A stretch of DNA of 64,000 bases. Origin: an archaeon (GTDB lineage: Archaea > Undinarchaeota > CAZHTU01 > JBDRCC01). A program made the position numbers and the translations under genes. The stretch lies in contig JBDRCC010000021.1 of assembly GCA_043822065.1 (NCBI GenBank), positions 54,691 through 118,690 of the forward strand, read 5' to 3'. Under the pieces are notes generated by a model, which ran no database searches, was not told the origin of the DNA, and was given only the letters and a program-made list of their open reading frames with translations. Below, one piece after another: positions 37,801 to 46,080 of this stretch (the stretch's first letter is position 1; every line of letters starts with the position of its first letter).

Positions 37801-39890
37801 ACGGAAAGCTCTACGAGGAGGACATACTCCGCGACCCAGCCAATACTTATGCATACGGCGTTGCAGTCGCAAACATAAGCTCTCAGCCAAAGATACTGGT
37901 TACTGGATACAGTTCTAACTCCAACATCTACACCAGCATCTACAACTACACTGGCGGGAAGCTTTACCAGGAGAACTTCACCACTCTCCGATTGGCGCCG
38001 TCTTCCGGTCAGGCGGTAGCACTTGCCGAGTTTGGCGGGCAGGAAAAAATACTCTCTGCCGGATCTGTGACGGACGGGGTTTCCCCTTCCAGCAATACCG
38101 ATTTCCTGTTCGTTGTATACAACTATACTGAAGGCAAGCTGCTCGTCGAGAACTACACGATCCAGGATAACAACGCAAACTACGATTCCGTTGCCTCCGT
38201 TACTGTCGCCAACATAAGCGGAAGGCAAACCGCAGTATTCGTGGGGGACAGCGGCGCGGGAGGCAGCAATATAGGAAGAATTATGGCATACGATTACTTC
38301 CTGGAAAACGTTACAGAAACCCCGTACGACGTTTCCGTTGACGTTGGCACCGATAACTCTGTTGAATGGCAGTACACCAGCTATCTAAACCAATCAGTTG
38401 CGCCGCACACAATCGACCTAAAGAGCACGCTCGAATCCCTTACACAGACTTGTGAGGATGCCGACCATGACCTTTTCTGCGACTCTATACTGATAGACGT
38501 CTCCGTTAGCGGGAGGGGAGTAATAACCCTAGATAACCTCCGCATAGCGTACAGTTACTACCCAGACACCGGCCAGGCTTGCCAGGAGAATCTTAACTGC
38601 TCGCTGCGCTACTGCAGGAATGATTACACGGCTCAGAAATACTGCGCGTACAATGCCTCCACCTGCGTCCACGACGGCGATTGGTACCTCTCACAAGGCT
38701 TGTTCTCAAGCTTGATGGACGCGTATGGCACGAATAGACGGTGCAACCTCGGCCACTGGTCGCAGGACCCATTCGCCGATGGCAACACTTACGCCTATGC
38801 GATCTTCAACAGCAGCTTCGGCGAAATGAGCTCAAACGCCTCCATAATCATAAGGCCTTACAAAGGCGGGAACGTCACCGAAGCCCACTTCTTCGTAACC
38901 TCCGAAACCAATGTCACAAACAACACCCTCAACAACGTCACAATAGACGTAGGCAATGACGGCACATACGAGTGGAATTACACGGGTAACTTCACACAAA
39001 CCCAGTCACCGGTTAACCTTTCGTTCGCATCAACCCTCACAGAGCTTGCAGCAGGCTGCACCAACACAAACGATGCCTATTGCGACGGCATATACATCAA
39101 CATCTCCGCCAACGGAGCTGGAACAGTAACCCTTGACAACCTCCTTATAGACTACAGGCTGCACGACGGCACCGGCTGTGATGCAGACTACAAATGCAAT
39201 TCGCTCCACTGCGTCCATGGGACTTGCAGACCGACATACCCCTACCCTAATGACGGGTACTGCGACCCAGGGGAGTACTGCGAAAATGAAAATGCCTGCT
39301 GCAATGAAATCACTGTCCTGCCTGCATATCCGCGGCTTCCCCGGCCCGGTCAGATGCCTTCAAGACCGCCTTCAAGCGCGCCGCAGGTAGAGATTGACGG
39401 AACCACAGGGGGAGGCGGCGAAAAAGGGTCGATAGAAGGGACTGGAACCAAAGCAGCAATAGCTGAAGACACGGAAGTAATGGCGGAGCGTGAGAGCTGG
39501 TGCACCCCGATAGTAATAATAAAGAACGTGGTGCCCGTAGTGAGCATCGTGCACACCGAGGACGGGCCGATACTAATTGAGCTTACCGACTCGCAGGGCG
39601 TATCGCTCAAGTGTGTCCACATAACGGTTGTATTCACATCAGGTCAAGTCTTTACCCTGAGGACGAACGAGCTCGGCTTTGCAGAAATAAAGACCTACGA
39701 AGGCGATCCGCTCGAAGTAAGGATTGAGGAGGGTGGAATAGCGCTTGCAACACTCAACAAGGATGAGCTGGCAGCCGCGACCACAATGATCTCGCCGGAG
39801 GCAGCCCGTCAATTCAGCACGTGGATGGTAATTGCCCTTGTAGTGATGATACTACCCCTTATCTTCTTCTACCTTATGATGCGGCGCTGA
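34803..39890 (+). CDS. Very large modular surface glycoprotein (Cys-rich repeats, beta-propeller-like repeat blocks, cadherin-like domain, C-terminal TM)
   Basis: Three YCRNDY...CVH...GHWS(E/Q)DPF modules, repeated IVWxD..EVYYKK and VYNYTxGKLYxEN blades, many NxS/T sequons, GTG start. Confidence 0.8.
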   Translation: MVGKLELSSILGIVIFILGALIWTTTPAGFLMRDHLTGFATLNAGDACTIDSDCISGYCRNDYDGGSFCAENSTACVHDTSQYPSEDNPFSTNISDYNGSDYHCKDGHWSEDPFQNSRTYSSLDFSAAGMNASTAVTVLEGAILQSATLSAKFNGTQAYWMTYSASPDDTRLTYDSAASSEPSVLLHPNGDASIVWTDAREGGEEVYYKKINATGSMLVNDTRLSAGGLTSRYVSAAIDTAENIYLVWEDAQDVYFKKANSTGGELVSPTQLTNSTDAYRPYVALDSSGSIHIVWYDRRDWVKGADIYYTKIDGSGATVVDDMRLTTSGTGSSPIAVVDASNSVHVLWVSSSEVYYTKLDNSGNTIIDDTQVTSTGAKSNFPHATVDSSGNISFVWTYELVLHSVSEIYYKQLNLTGSELIGDTQLTYTSAFAQKPKIVNQSCALFVAWYDSRTGNNEVYYKKLNATGGTLINDTQVTNDGGASTYPTVAVDPDLSVYIAWQDDRAGNSEIYFERQSYGSNQITATLEVPAAPPAVTLSNSGTYYSLNMTSQLQQYMNSYCTSGNCTMPITVSVNSQALVVLDNLAVVYATMPVLDALSNQTIVTNQPFVYDINASDLDGGPLTFSDNTALFDIDPASGVISFTPTEFGSHLVNISVSDGTYSDSQVVLFTINSLSECTYDAECPSGYCRNDYDGGKFCAVNTTACVHNGDQYPSEAAYSSNKITLAPSTYRCRGGHWSEDPFGNNNTFSDVSFIEAKTDSSSFIAPPIRMIFDSAYMDVSGKPITLAPGAYMGPYTDSLNDVAFIDKETVNGDTKFFVSGGYYQPSLFKSAVAVYNYSNGAFNLENMTLLYINEKACGLDATTVNGETKVFVSATGSSGVVLAVLNYTNGKLYVENYTATPIGTITEQEVAVAFDAGGQKKILTTLKPSLNTNALMVFNYTNGKLYAENYTLVNSSIELIFDAAAGAIDGQPKIFISGYFIKMPEFVFEAVLAVYNYTDGKLYEEDILRDPANTYAYGVAVANISSQPKILVTGYSSNSNIYTSIYNYTGGKLYQENFTTLRLAPSSGQAVALAEFGGQEKILSAGSVTDGVSPSSNTDFLFVVYNYTEGKLLVENYTIQDNNANYDSVASVTVANISGRQTAVFVGDSGAGGSNIGRIMAYDYFLENVTETPYDVSVDVGTDNSVEWQYTSYLNQSVAPHTIDLKSTLESLTQTCEDADHDLFCDSILIDVSVSGRGVITLDNLRIAYSYYPDTGQACQENLNCSLRYCRNDYTAQKYCAYNASTCVHDGDWYLSQGLFSSLMDAYGTNRRCNLGHWSQDPFADGNTYAYAIFNSSFGEMSSNASIIIRPYKGGNVTEAHFFVTSETNVTNNTLNNVTIDVGNDGTYEWNYTGNFTQTQSPVNLSFASTLTELAAGCTNTNDAYCDGIYINISANGAGTVTLDNLLIDYRLHDGTGCDADYKCNSLHCVHGTCRPTYPYPNDGYCDPGEYCENENACCNEITVLPAYPRLPRPGQMPSRPPSSAPQVEIDGTTGGGGEKGSIEGTGTKAAIAEDTEVMAERESWCTPIVIIKNVVPVVSIVHTEDGPILIELTDSQGVSLKCVHITVVFTSGQVFTLRTNELGFAEIKTYEGDPLEVRIEEGGIALATLNKDELAAATTMISPEAARQFSTWMVIALVVMILPLIFFYLMMRR

Positions 39891-41544
39891 CCTTCCCGTT
39901 TCGCAGAATGAGCTTCCGGTCTATTCCCCTCAGCCCGCTGGTGTGGTGGGTTATTATTATGGTCGTCTTGCCCTTCGTCACCTTCTCGAGCGCACTATAG
40001 ACTGCTTTCTCAGACGCCTTGTCAAGGCTTGAGGTCGCTTCATCCAACACTATTATGTCGGGATTCTTCAGCACAGTCCTTGCTATGGATATCCTCTGCT
40101 TCTGCCCGCCAGAAAGGTTTGAGCCGCGCTGGCCAACACAGGTGTCATAGCCGTGGGGCAGGGACTTTATGAAGTCGTGTATGTTTGCGACCTTTGCTGC
40201 CTCCTCTACCTCTTGGTGGGTCGCGTTCAGCTTTCCGAAAAGTATGTTTTGCCTTATCGTTGTGTTGAACAGTACCGACTCCTGGCTTATCACTCCAATC
40301 TCCTTTCTGAGGGATGCAAGCTTAAGGTCCCTCAGGTCCTTCCCGTCCAGCTTAATGCTGCCCTTGACTGGGTCGTAAAACCGCATGAGCAGGTCAACAA
40401 TGGTCGACTTGCCCTCTCCGCTCGGGCCGCTGATAAGCACCTTCTCCCCTGGGTTTATCTCAAAATCAACCCCCCTCAGAACCGGCTTCTTTTGGTCGTA
40501 GGCAAAATGCACCCCGCTGAACTCAATCCAGCCCCGCACTCTTCCCAACCTCTTTGCCATCTTCCGTTCCTTCACCTCTGGCGCCGTGTCCAGGAAGCTG
40601 AAAACCCGGTCCACCGAGACCATCGTGCTCTGTATGGCTATGTTCACAGTCCCTAACGTAGACACCGGCCCGAAAAGCATTTCTATGTACGCCATCAGTG
40701 CGACAAGCGTCCCGAGGGTCATGATACCGACTATCACATAATACCCGCCAAGGGAGAATATGACAAACATCGGCATGAAGGTGACAAAACCTATCATGAC
40801 GCCAGCCATAGCTGATATCACCGAGATCTTCACGCTCATGTTTATCAGCGACTTAGACTTCTTCTTGTAAAGCTCGAGCTCGTACTTCTCCCTGATGAAT
40901 GTCTGCACGAGCTTAATCAGGGCGAGCTTCTCCTGCAGGAAGCCGAGGATGTCCGCGCTTCTCACGCGCAGTTTCCTCTTCTCAACCTTAATTTTTTTCC
41001 CGTAATGCAGCTGGAGCTTTACGTACAGCGGGAATACCAGCAGGGACGCAAGCGTCACCTTCCAGTTAAGGTAAAGGCAGACGACCAGTATTGCAGTGCC
41101 TGTGAATATGTTCAAAAGGACGTTCGTCAGCAGGATTTCTATAAGGTCGTTTATCCCCGCTACGTCAACAACAAGCCGGGTAAGTATGTCCCCAAGCTTC
41201 TTCTTGTTGAAAAAGCTCATGCCGAGGCGCTCAATGTGGGAAAACAGCTCCACCCTTACGTCATACGTTATCCGCTCTGTTAGGAGAGTTGACGCGTACG
41301 CCATCACAACAGATATCCCACTCCCTATAAGGAATATTCCGACATACAGGCATATCAAGATAACGAACAGGCGCATATTTCCCCCAATCAGGACATCGTC
41401 TATCAGTATTTTCATAAGATAGGGGTTTACAACAGAAATAAGCGAGGATACGACGAGAATAGAAAATGCGAGTGTGAACAGCCTCAAGTGCGGCCGTCCG
41501 TACTGCAGGACGCGGAATACCTTCCTTATGAATGTAGCTGGCAT
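39874..41544 (-). CDS. ABC exporter, fused permease plus ATPase (ABCB/MsbA-like)
   Basis: TM domain, GPSGEGKST, LSGGQKQR, LDEATSSLD and an H-loop. Confidence 0.93.
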   Translation of the reverse strand: MPATFIRKVFRVLQYGRPHLRLFTLAFSILVVSSLISVVNPYLMKILIDDVLIGGNMRLFVILICLYVGIFLIGSGISVVMAYASTLLTERITYDVRVELFSHIERLGMSFFNKKKLGDILTRLVVDVAGINDLIEILLTNVLLNIFTGTAILVVCLYLNWKVTLASLLVFPLYVKLQLHYGKKIKVEKRKLRVRSADILGFLQEKLALIKLVQTFIREKYELELYKKKSKSLINMSVKISVISAMAGVMIGFVTFMPMFVIFSLGGYYVIVGIMTLGTLVALMAYIEMLFGPVSTLGTVNIAIQSTMVSVDRVFSFLDTAPEVKERKMAKRLGRVRGWIEFSGVHFAYDQKKPVLRGVDFEINPGEKVLISGPSGEGKSTIVDLLMRFYDPVKGSIKLDGKDLRDLKLASLRKEIGVISQESVLFNTTIRQNILFGKLNATHQEVEEAAKVANIHDFIKSLPHGYDTCVGQRGSNLSGGQKQRISIARTVLKNPDIIVLDEATSSLDKASEKAVYSALEKVTKGKTTIIITHHTSGLRGIDRKLILRNGKVSAAS

Positions 41545-41581
41545 CTAACCACTAATAAGTTCTCAATATATAAAACAGCAC

Positions 41582-41618
41582 AAAAAATGACGATGTAGCG
41601 GACGTCCGCCCGCTACAT
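41582..41618 (-). terminator. Hairpin plus U-tract terminator after the small peptide gene
   Basis: ATGTAGCGG-N8-CCGCTACAT, then CGTCATTTTTT on the minus strand. Confidence 0.7.
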
Positions 41619-41638
41619 TTAAACAGTTTTTCTATTAA

Positions 41639-41902
41639 CTAGCTCCTAACTAGCTCCTCCGGTGGCAATAGCTCCCGTGGCTTCTTTGCCTGGCCTGGTG
41701 CCATGCCGCAGCCGAACTGCACCGGAATCCTTACTAGCTCTTCCCTTACTGGCAGTGCAGCAATAAGCTCTATCTGCCCTGAGAGAACTTCCCTCTGGAG
41801 TACCTCTTCAACTAGTTCGTCTTCCCTTCCGAAGCCTTTTCCTGGTGGCATTGCTGGAACACACACCATCATTTTTAGTTTTTCAAGTTTTTCTTTCATC
41901 AT
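41639..41902 (-). CDS. Small 87-aa protein with two Cys...M-x-PG motifs (possible peptide precursor)
   Basis: Own TATA (TTTTATA), AGGTGA SD and terminator. Contains VCVPAMPPGKG, GCGMAPGQAKK and ELV repeats. Confidence 0.7.
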   Translation of the reverse strand: MMKEKLEKLKMMVCVPAMPPGKGFGREDELVEEVLQREVLSGQIELIAALPVREELVRIPVQFGCGMAPGQAKKPRELLPPEELVRS

Positions 41903-41949
41903 AAAATTCACCTATCCTATCTATGCCACCACCTCTATAAAAATATTTC

Positions 41950-42723
41950 TCAAAACTCCAGGATAAGGTCAAGCCCCGTTCCGGCCCACAAAATCTTGGA
42001 ATACTCCGCATAATGGCGCTCCAAGGCACCCCCTTCCTGCAAAAGTTCCAGGTAGGACGGGTACTTCTTCCGCAGCTTGCGGTAGAACATTCTCAACTCC
42101 GGCACGCGCTCTTCCACAACAGGCTCGACTGCATCAAAAAAGCCATCCTGGGCGCAGAGGCTTGAAAACTTCTCACTGAGGCGCGCCTCGACGCCCGGGT
42201 CAATACTTGCCGTGAGCTCTCCGAACATCGCAAACCAGTCGACGCACGTCAGGTAGTTCATAAGCCTGAACCCGCTCCATTCAGAAGTCCGCTTAAACCA
42301 AGCCACAATGCCCTTGTCATCCACCTCTAGAACGCCCGAAATGAACTCCTCCAGGTAGCCCTTCCCAAATTCTGACCCGACAAGCCCCCAGGCAAAAAAG
42401 TCAAAGAAAGAGTCTAGCGAACGTATCACCCAAGCCCCAACCCGCGCATCCCGTTCGCCCCTCTCCATTTTTTTAAGAGCCGAAAGCTTCCCACCTATTT
42501 GCGGAGTTACTGCAGGCAGCACCCACCCCTCTTCTAGTATCTTTGCATGGCAGAGGTAGTGCAGAAAAATCGGCTCGTGCGCCTTCTCGTACGGCAGGTG
42601 CTCCATGACAAAAGTGTCGCCCTGCAAGTCGGCGACCCAATGAACCCCTTCAATAAGCCTAACTTTAGACATGAGCCTGAGCTTTTTTGCCCCCATCTCA
42701 AAAATCTCGTCGTACCCGGGCAT
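41950..42723 (-). CDS. Hypothetical protein with HxxxH (HYLCH) zincin-like motif
   Basis: PIFLHYLCHAKI; ATG at 42723 is coupled to the upstream stop (TAAAATG). Confidence 0.6.
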   Translation of the reverse strand: MPGYDEIFEMGAKKLRLMSKVRLIEGVHWVADLQGDTFVMEHLPYEKAHEPIFLHYLCHAKILEEGWVLPAVTPQIGGKLSALKKMERGERDARVGAWVIRSLDSFFDFFAWGLVGSEFGKGYLEEFISGVLEVDDKGIVAWFKRTSEWSGFRLMNYLTCVDWFAMFGELTASIDPGVEARLSEKFSSLCAQDGFFDAVEPVVEERVPELRMFYRKLRKKYPSYLELLQEGGALERHYAEYSKILWAGTGLDLILEF

Positions 42724-42724
42724 T

Positions 42725-43333
42725 TTATACAAACACGAAGCCGAACCAGGCCGTTGCTATCCTGAACGAAAGCCAGACAATCGCGGTGTAGCTTATCAGC
42801 TTGGCAACAGTCACAAGTATTATGAAATCCCGCATCTTCATCTCGCTCAGCCCGGCGATGAACGCGACGATGTCGCCAGGGAATATAGGGAACAGGACGA
42901 AGATGAACAGTATTATGTTCCCATAGTAATCCCAGAATTTCTGGAAGGCGTCTATCGCCTCCTTGTCAACCCTCTTGTACACCCAGGCCTCCCTCAGCAT
43001 CCTTGCCGTGTAGAAGCTCACTATGAAGCCAAGGGTGTTGCCGAGCAGGGCCATGATGACTATAGTGTACAGCTTCTGCTGCCCGAGGACCGCCGCCCCG
43101 CCAATGACCGGCTCGGTTGGGAATGGGATAAGGGTGCCTGCAAGGAACGCCACAAAGAATATTCCCCACGGCCCGTAGTTCTCCGCGAGCGCAATACCCT
43201 TCTCGACGATGACCGGATTATTCAGCCCCCACTCGCGCAGGAAGTAAAGCGTCAGAAATATGATGATCAGCGAAACCACTGACACCATTGAGAAAATCTT
43301 GAAGTATTTTGTCTTTGTCAGTTTTTGCCGCAT
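42725..43333 (-). CDS. DedA/VTT-domain membrane protein
   Basis: FLAGTLIPFPTE, LGNTLG..FYTAR and PIFPGDIVAFIAGL motifs. Confidence 0.85.
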   Translation of the reverse strand: MRQKLTKTKYFKIFSMVSVVSLIIIFLTLYFLREWGLNNPVIVEKGIALAENYGPWGIFFVAFLAGTLIPFPTEPVIGGAAVLGQQKLYTIVIMALLGNTLGFIVSFYTARMLREAWVYKRVDKEAIDAFQKFWDYYGNIILFIFVLFPIFPGDIVAFIAGLSEMKMRDFIILVTVAKLISYTAIVWLSFRIATAWFGFVFV

Positions 43334-43365
43334 CGCATTATATAATATAGAACAAAGCTATAAAA

Positions 43366-44001
43366 CTATTTCCTCAATTTCTTGTACTCTAAGTACGAGT
43401 ATGCCATCACATAAATCAGGAAGAAAATTATATACCCGACTATAATCAGCGCGGCGTGAGCCTTAAGCCACAAGGCGAATAAAAGCACAACCCCCGTCAG
43501 CTGGAGAAGCCTTCCGCCAACTTTATTCGTCCTCTTCCACACGCCTTCGTCGGCCAGCGCCCACGGCGTCCGCATCCCAATAAAATAGTTCCGCCTGCTG
43601 TTTATGCAAAGCTCCCCTGCGAAGTACAAAAGCGCCAAAAGCGCCGGCGCCATTGCGAAGTTCATGGAAAAGCTCCTGCCAAGGTTTGCGAAAAGGGCAA
43701 GGGCATAGATGTACGCCATGAACAGTATCATGACAAGCCTGAACCGCATGTACTCCCCCTCAAACTTCTTGAAGTTCTCCTTGTAGACCATTATCTTCGG
43801 GATAAGCATGAACAGCCCAAGCACGCCCAGGTTCACAAGCGGCAGAAGGAACGTGCCCCAAAACCTTGGCATATAGCCGTCAACTTCGCCTGCGGCGTTC
43901 CAGTGGCTCGCCATCCTCTCCGGCAGGGACGGATACAAAAAAGCCCCGGCTAAGAAAGTTACAGCTATGACTGCCAGTGCAATCCAGTCTTTTTTGCCCA
44001 T
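43366..44001 (-). CDS. SdpI/DUF1648-family membrane (immunity-like) protein
   Basis: LPERMASHWNAAGEVDGY (DUF1648) and RNYFIGMRTPWALADEGVWKRTN (SdpI). Confidence 0.9.
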   Translation of the reverse strand: MGKKDWIALAVIAVTFLAGAFLYPSLPERMASHWNAAGEVDGYMPRFWGTFLLPLVNLGVLGLFMLIPKIMVYKENFKKFEGEYMRFRLVMILFMAYIYALALFANLGRSFSMNFAMAPALLALLYFAGELCINSRRNYFIGMRTPWALADEGVWKRTNKVGGRLLQLTGVVLLFALWLKAHAALIIVGYIIFFLIYVMAYSYLEYKKLRK

Positions 44002-44026
44002 ATTATGCCATAATGCGGGCCTGCTA

Positions 44027-45928
44027 CTAAACCTTTCCGTAATTCTTTTCGTAGAAGTCCCTGACTTCCTTCGGCGAGGGGATTTTGCACTTTTCCCAGG
44101 CGCCGATAATCTCCTTGAGCTTCTCCGCGCCTGTCTGCCCCTTGAACAGGTCCTTCATGAAGCCAGTCCGCTCCATTATGTCCCGCTTCCAGAACTCGAT
44201 TATCTGCTCCGGGGTGTAGAACCTTAGCAGGTTGAACCTCTTGCTGAAATCCTTCATGCCGTGCACCTGCTCGAGCTCCTTCGGGTCAGGCAGGAGATAC
44301 CCGTAGCACTGGTGCTTTATCCACTTCTTTATCTTCCTGTGCTCAATAAGGTCGACCAGCGCCTTTGAGTCGCGCACCGTTATCTTCTCGCCCTGCCCGA
44401 GGTACATCGGTTCGTCCCTGTCGTTCAGTTTTGATTTTCCGCTGTCGTCAAGGACTGGTATCTTGTTCCCGTGCTCATCTTCTTTCAGTACCTGATTCCC
44501 GTTAATGTCGAACTCGCCGACGCTTCCGGCGTTTACTATGAAGAACACGAGCTTCCCGCCCTCGCCAAGCCCCATATCAGAGTACATCTTGAGCTTCAGC
44601 AGCGCCTGCTGGCTCTGTTCGCGAACCATGAAGTCGGTAGCGGCATAAGAGCGCACCCGCGTTCCTGTCTTCTGCCCGAGAATCGCAGATGTGATAATCG
44701 TCTCACAGCCCGAGTCCAGCGCCACAGCCATCACAGGGTCTGTCACTCTGAACGCCGGATCCAGAACCTCGAACCTCTTGAAGCTGAGCGACTCGCTCTT
44801 GAGGTACTTCTTCCTCCCGCTTCCCCAGCCCGGGTTCAGCTCGCTGAACAGGAATATGAACCTGCCGTTTGTTGTTCCGGACGAGTCATACTTCGTGCAC
44901 TGAAGGCCCCCTACCTTTTGCCCTGGAATGACCTCCGGCACCTTGACATCGTGCCCGGCAATCTTCTTCATCACGTACCGCACGCCCTCGCAGTCGATGT
45001 TCATTGCAAGGACAACCGGCCTCTTGCCGTTCGGACCGGTTTCAGCCGACTTCATAAGACCCGGCCATTCCGGGCTGTCAGGGACAAGCCCCTGCGACTT
45101 TGCAAAGCTCGCAGCTTCGAGCCCAATCAGTTCGGCAGACTTTATCTTTCCGTTCTTGCCATACTCAGGCTTCCCAAGGAGCGCATCGTCCTGCTCCAAG
45201 TCAGGCCCGACTGACAGCGTCGTCTTTCCCGTCCCGCTCAGGCCCTTCATCACCCGGTCGCTCGTGCAGCCGGCGTGGTACGAGACCATCCCGTCGCCCT
45301 CGCCCCTGTTCCAGACAAGGGTCAGGTGCGGCTTCTTGTAGGCGCCGCCAAAATAGTCAACTCTAAGGCTCATCACCCTGCGGACGTCCTTGTCCATGTC
45401 GGAAAGGTCATAGAGCGTCAGCGGTGAGTCAGGGTCGTACTGCGGCCAAACTGCTTTGAGCCGTTTTTGGTACTCCTCAGGCAGCCGCTCCTGGACAACA
45501 TAGTTGAAGCACTTTGGCTTGACCCCTTTTTTCGGGGGAAAAATCATGAGCTTTATCATCCATGCCATGTACGCGGCGTGCGGGTTCTCAATGCTCGTCA
45601 CAACCCTGACGCCGGTCTCATACTCTGACTCTCCCTGGATTCCGTCCTGGACTATGACCTTGCAAGTCTTCAAATAATCCATCACAATCTCGTAAAGCTT
45701 CTTGCCGACCTTCGGATCGAACCTGTTCTGGTTCTTGCCGAGCTTGTAGCTTGCAGGGACCATGTAATTCGCCTTGTCCGGCCTCCTGCCCATCTGCGTC
45801 GAGGCGAACAGGTACTGCCCGTCCTTGGTGAAGACATAATACGGCTTCAGGAACTGTTTGAAGAATTCATCATTTGGGTTTAAAGTAATCCTCTTGTCGT
45901 CCAGCGCATATCCGGGTTGAAATTCCAT
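44027..45928 (-). CDS. pckA: Divergent ATP-type phosphoenolpyruvate carboxykinase
   Basis: YFGGAYKK, YHAG, P-loop GLSGTGKTTLS, EQDD, GLEAASFAK and TTNGR match the ATP-PEPCK catalytic motifs in order. Confidence 0.75.
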   Translation of the reverse strand: MEFQPGYALDDKRITLNPNDEFFKQFLKPYYVFTKDGQYLFASTQMGRRPDKANYMVPASYKLGKNQNRFDPKVGKKLYEIVMDYLKTCKVIVQDGIQGESEYETGVRVVTSIENPHAAYMAWMIKLMIFPPKKGVKPKCFNYVVQERLPEEYQKRLKAVWPQYDPDSPLTLYDLSDMDKDVRRVMSLRVDYFGGAYKKPHLTLVWNRGEGDGMVSYHAGCTSDRVMKGLSGTGKTTLSVGPDLEQDDALLGKPEYGKNGKIKSAELIGLEAASFAKSQGLVPDSPEWPGLMKSAETGPNGKRPVVLAMNIDCEGVRYVMKKIAGHDVKVPEVIPGQKVGGLQCTKYDSSGTTNGRFIFLFSELNPGWGSGRKKYLKSESLSFKRFEVLDPAFRVTDPVMAVALDSGCETIITSAILGQKTGTRVRSYAATDFMVREQSQQALLKLKMYSDMGLGEGGKLVFFIVNAGSVGEFDINGNQVLKEDEHGNKIPVLDDSGKSKLNDRDEPMYLGQGEKITVRDSKALVDLIEHRKIKKWIKHQCYGYLLPDPKELEQVHGMKDFSKRFNLLRFYTPEQIIEFWKRDIMERTGFMKDLFKGQTGAEKLKEIIGAWEKCKIPSPKEVRDFYEKNYGKV

Positions 45929-46080
45929 TGGCTTACACCTCGAAAGTCTTCTACTTAGCTGGGCGCACTATTTAAGGTTTTTCTTCCGCTGGAGTGCTGC
46001 TGCCTCCCGAGGTTATTTTAGCATACCTATACCTACCAACGGAACTAAAAGTGCAGAGGGGCATGCCGCCTTATAAAAAA

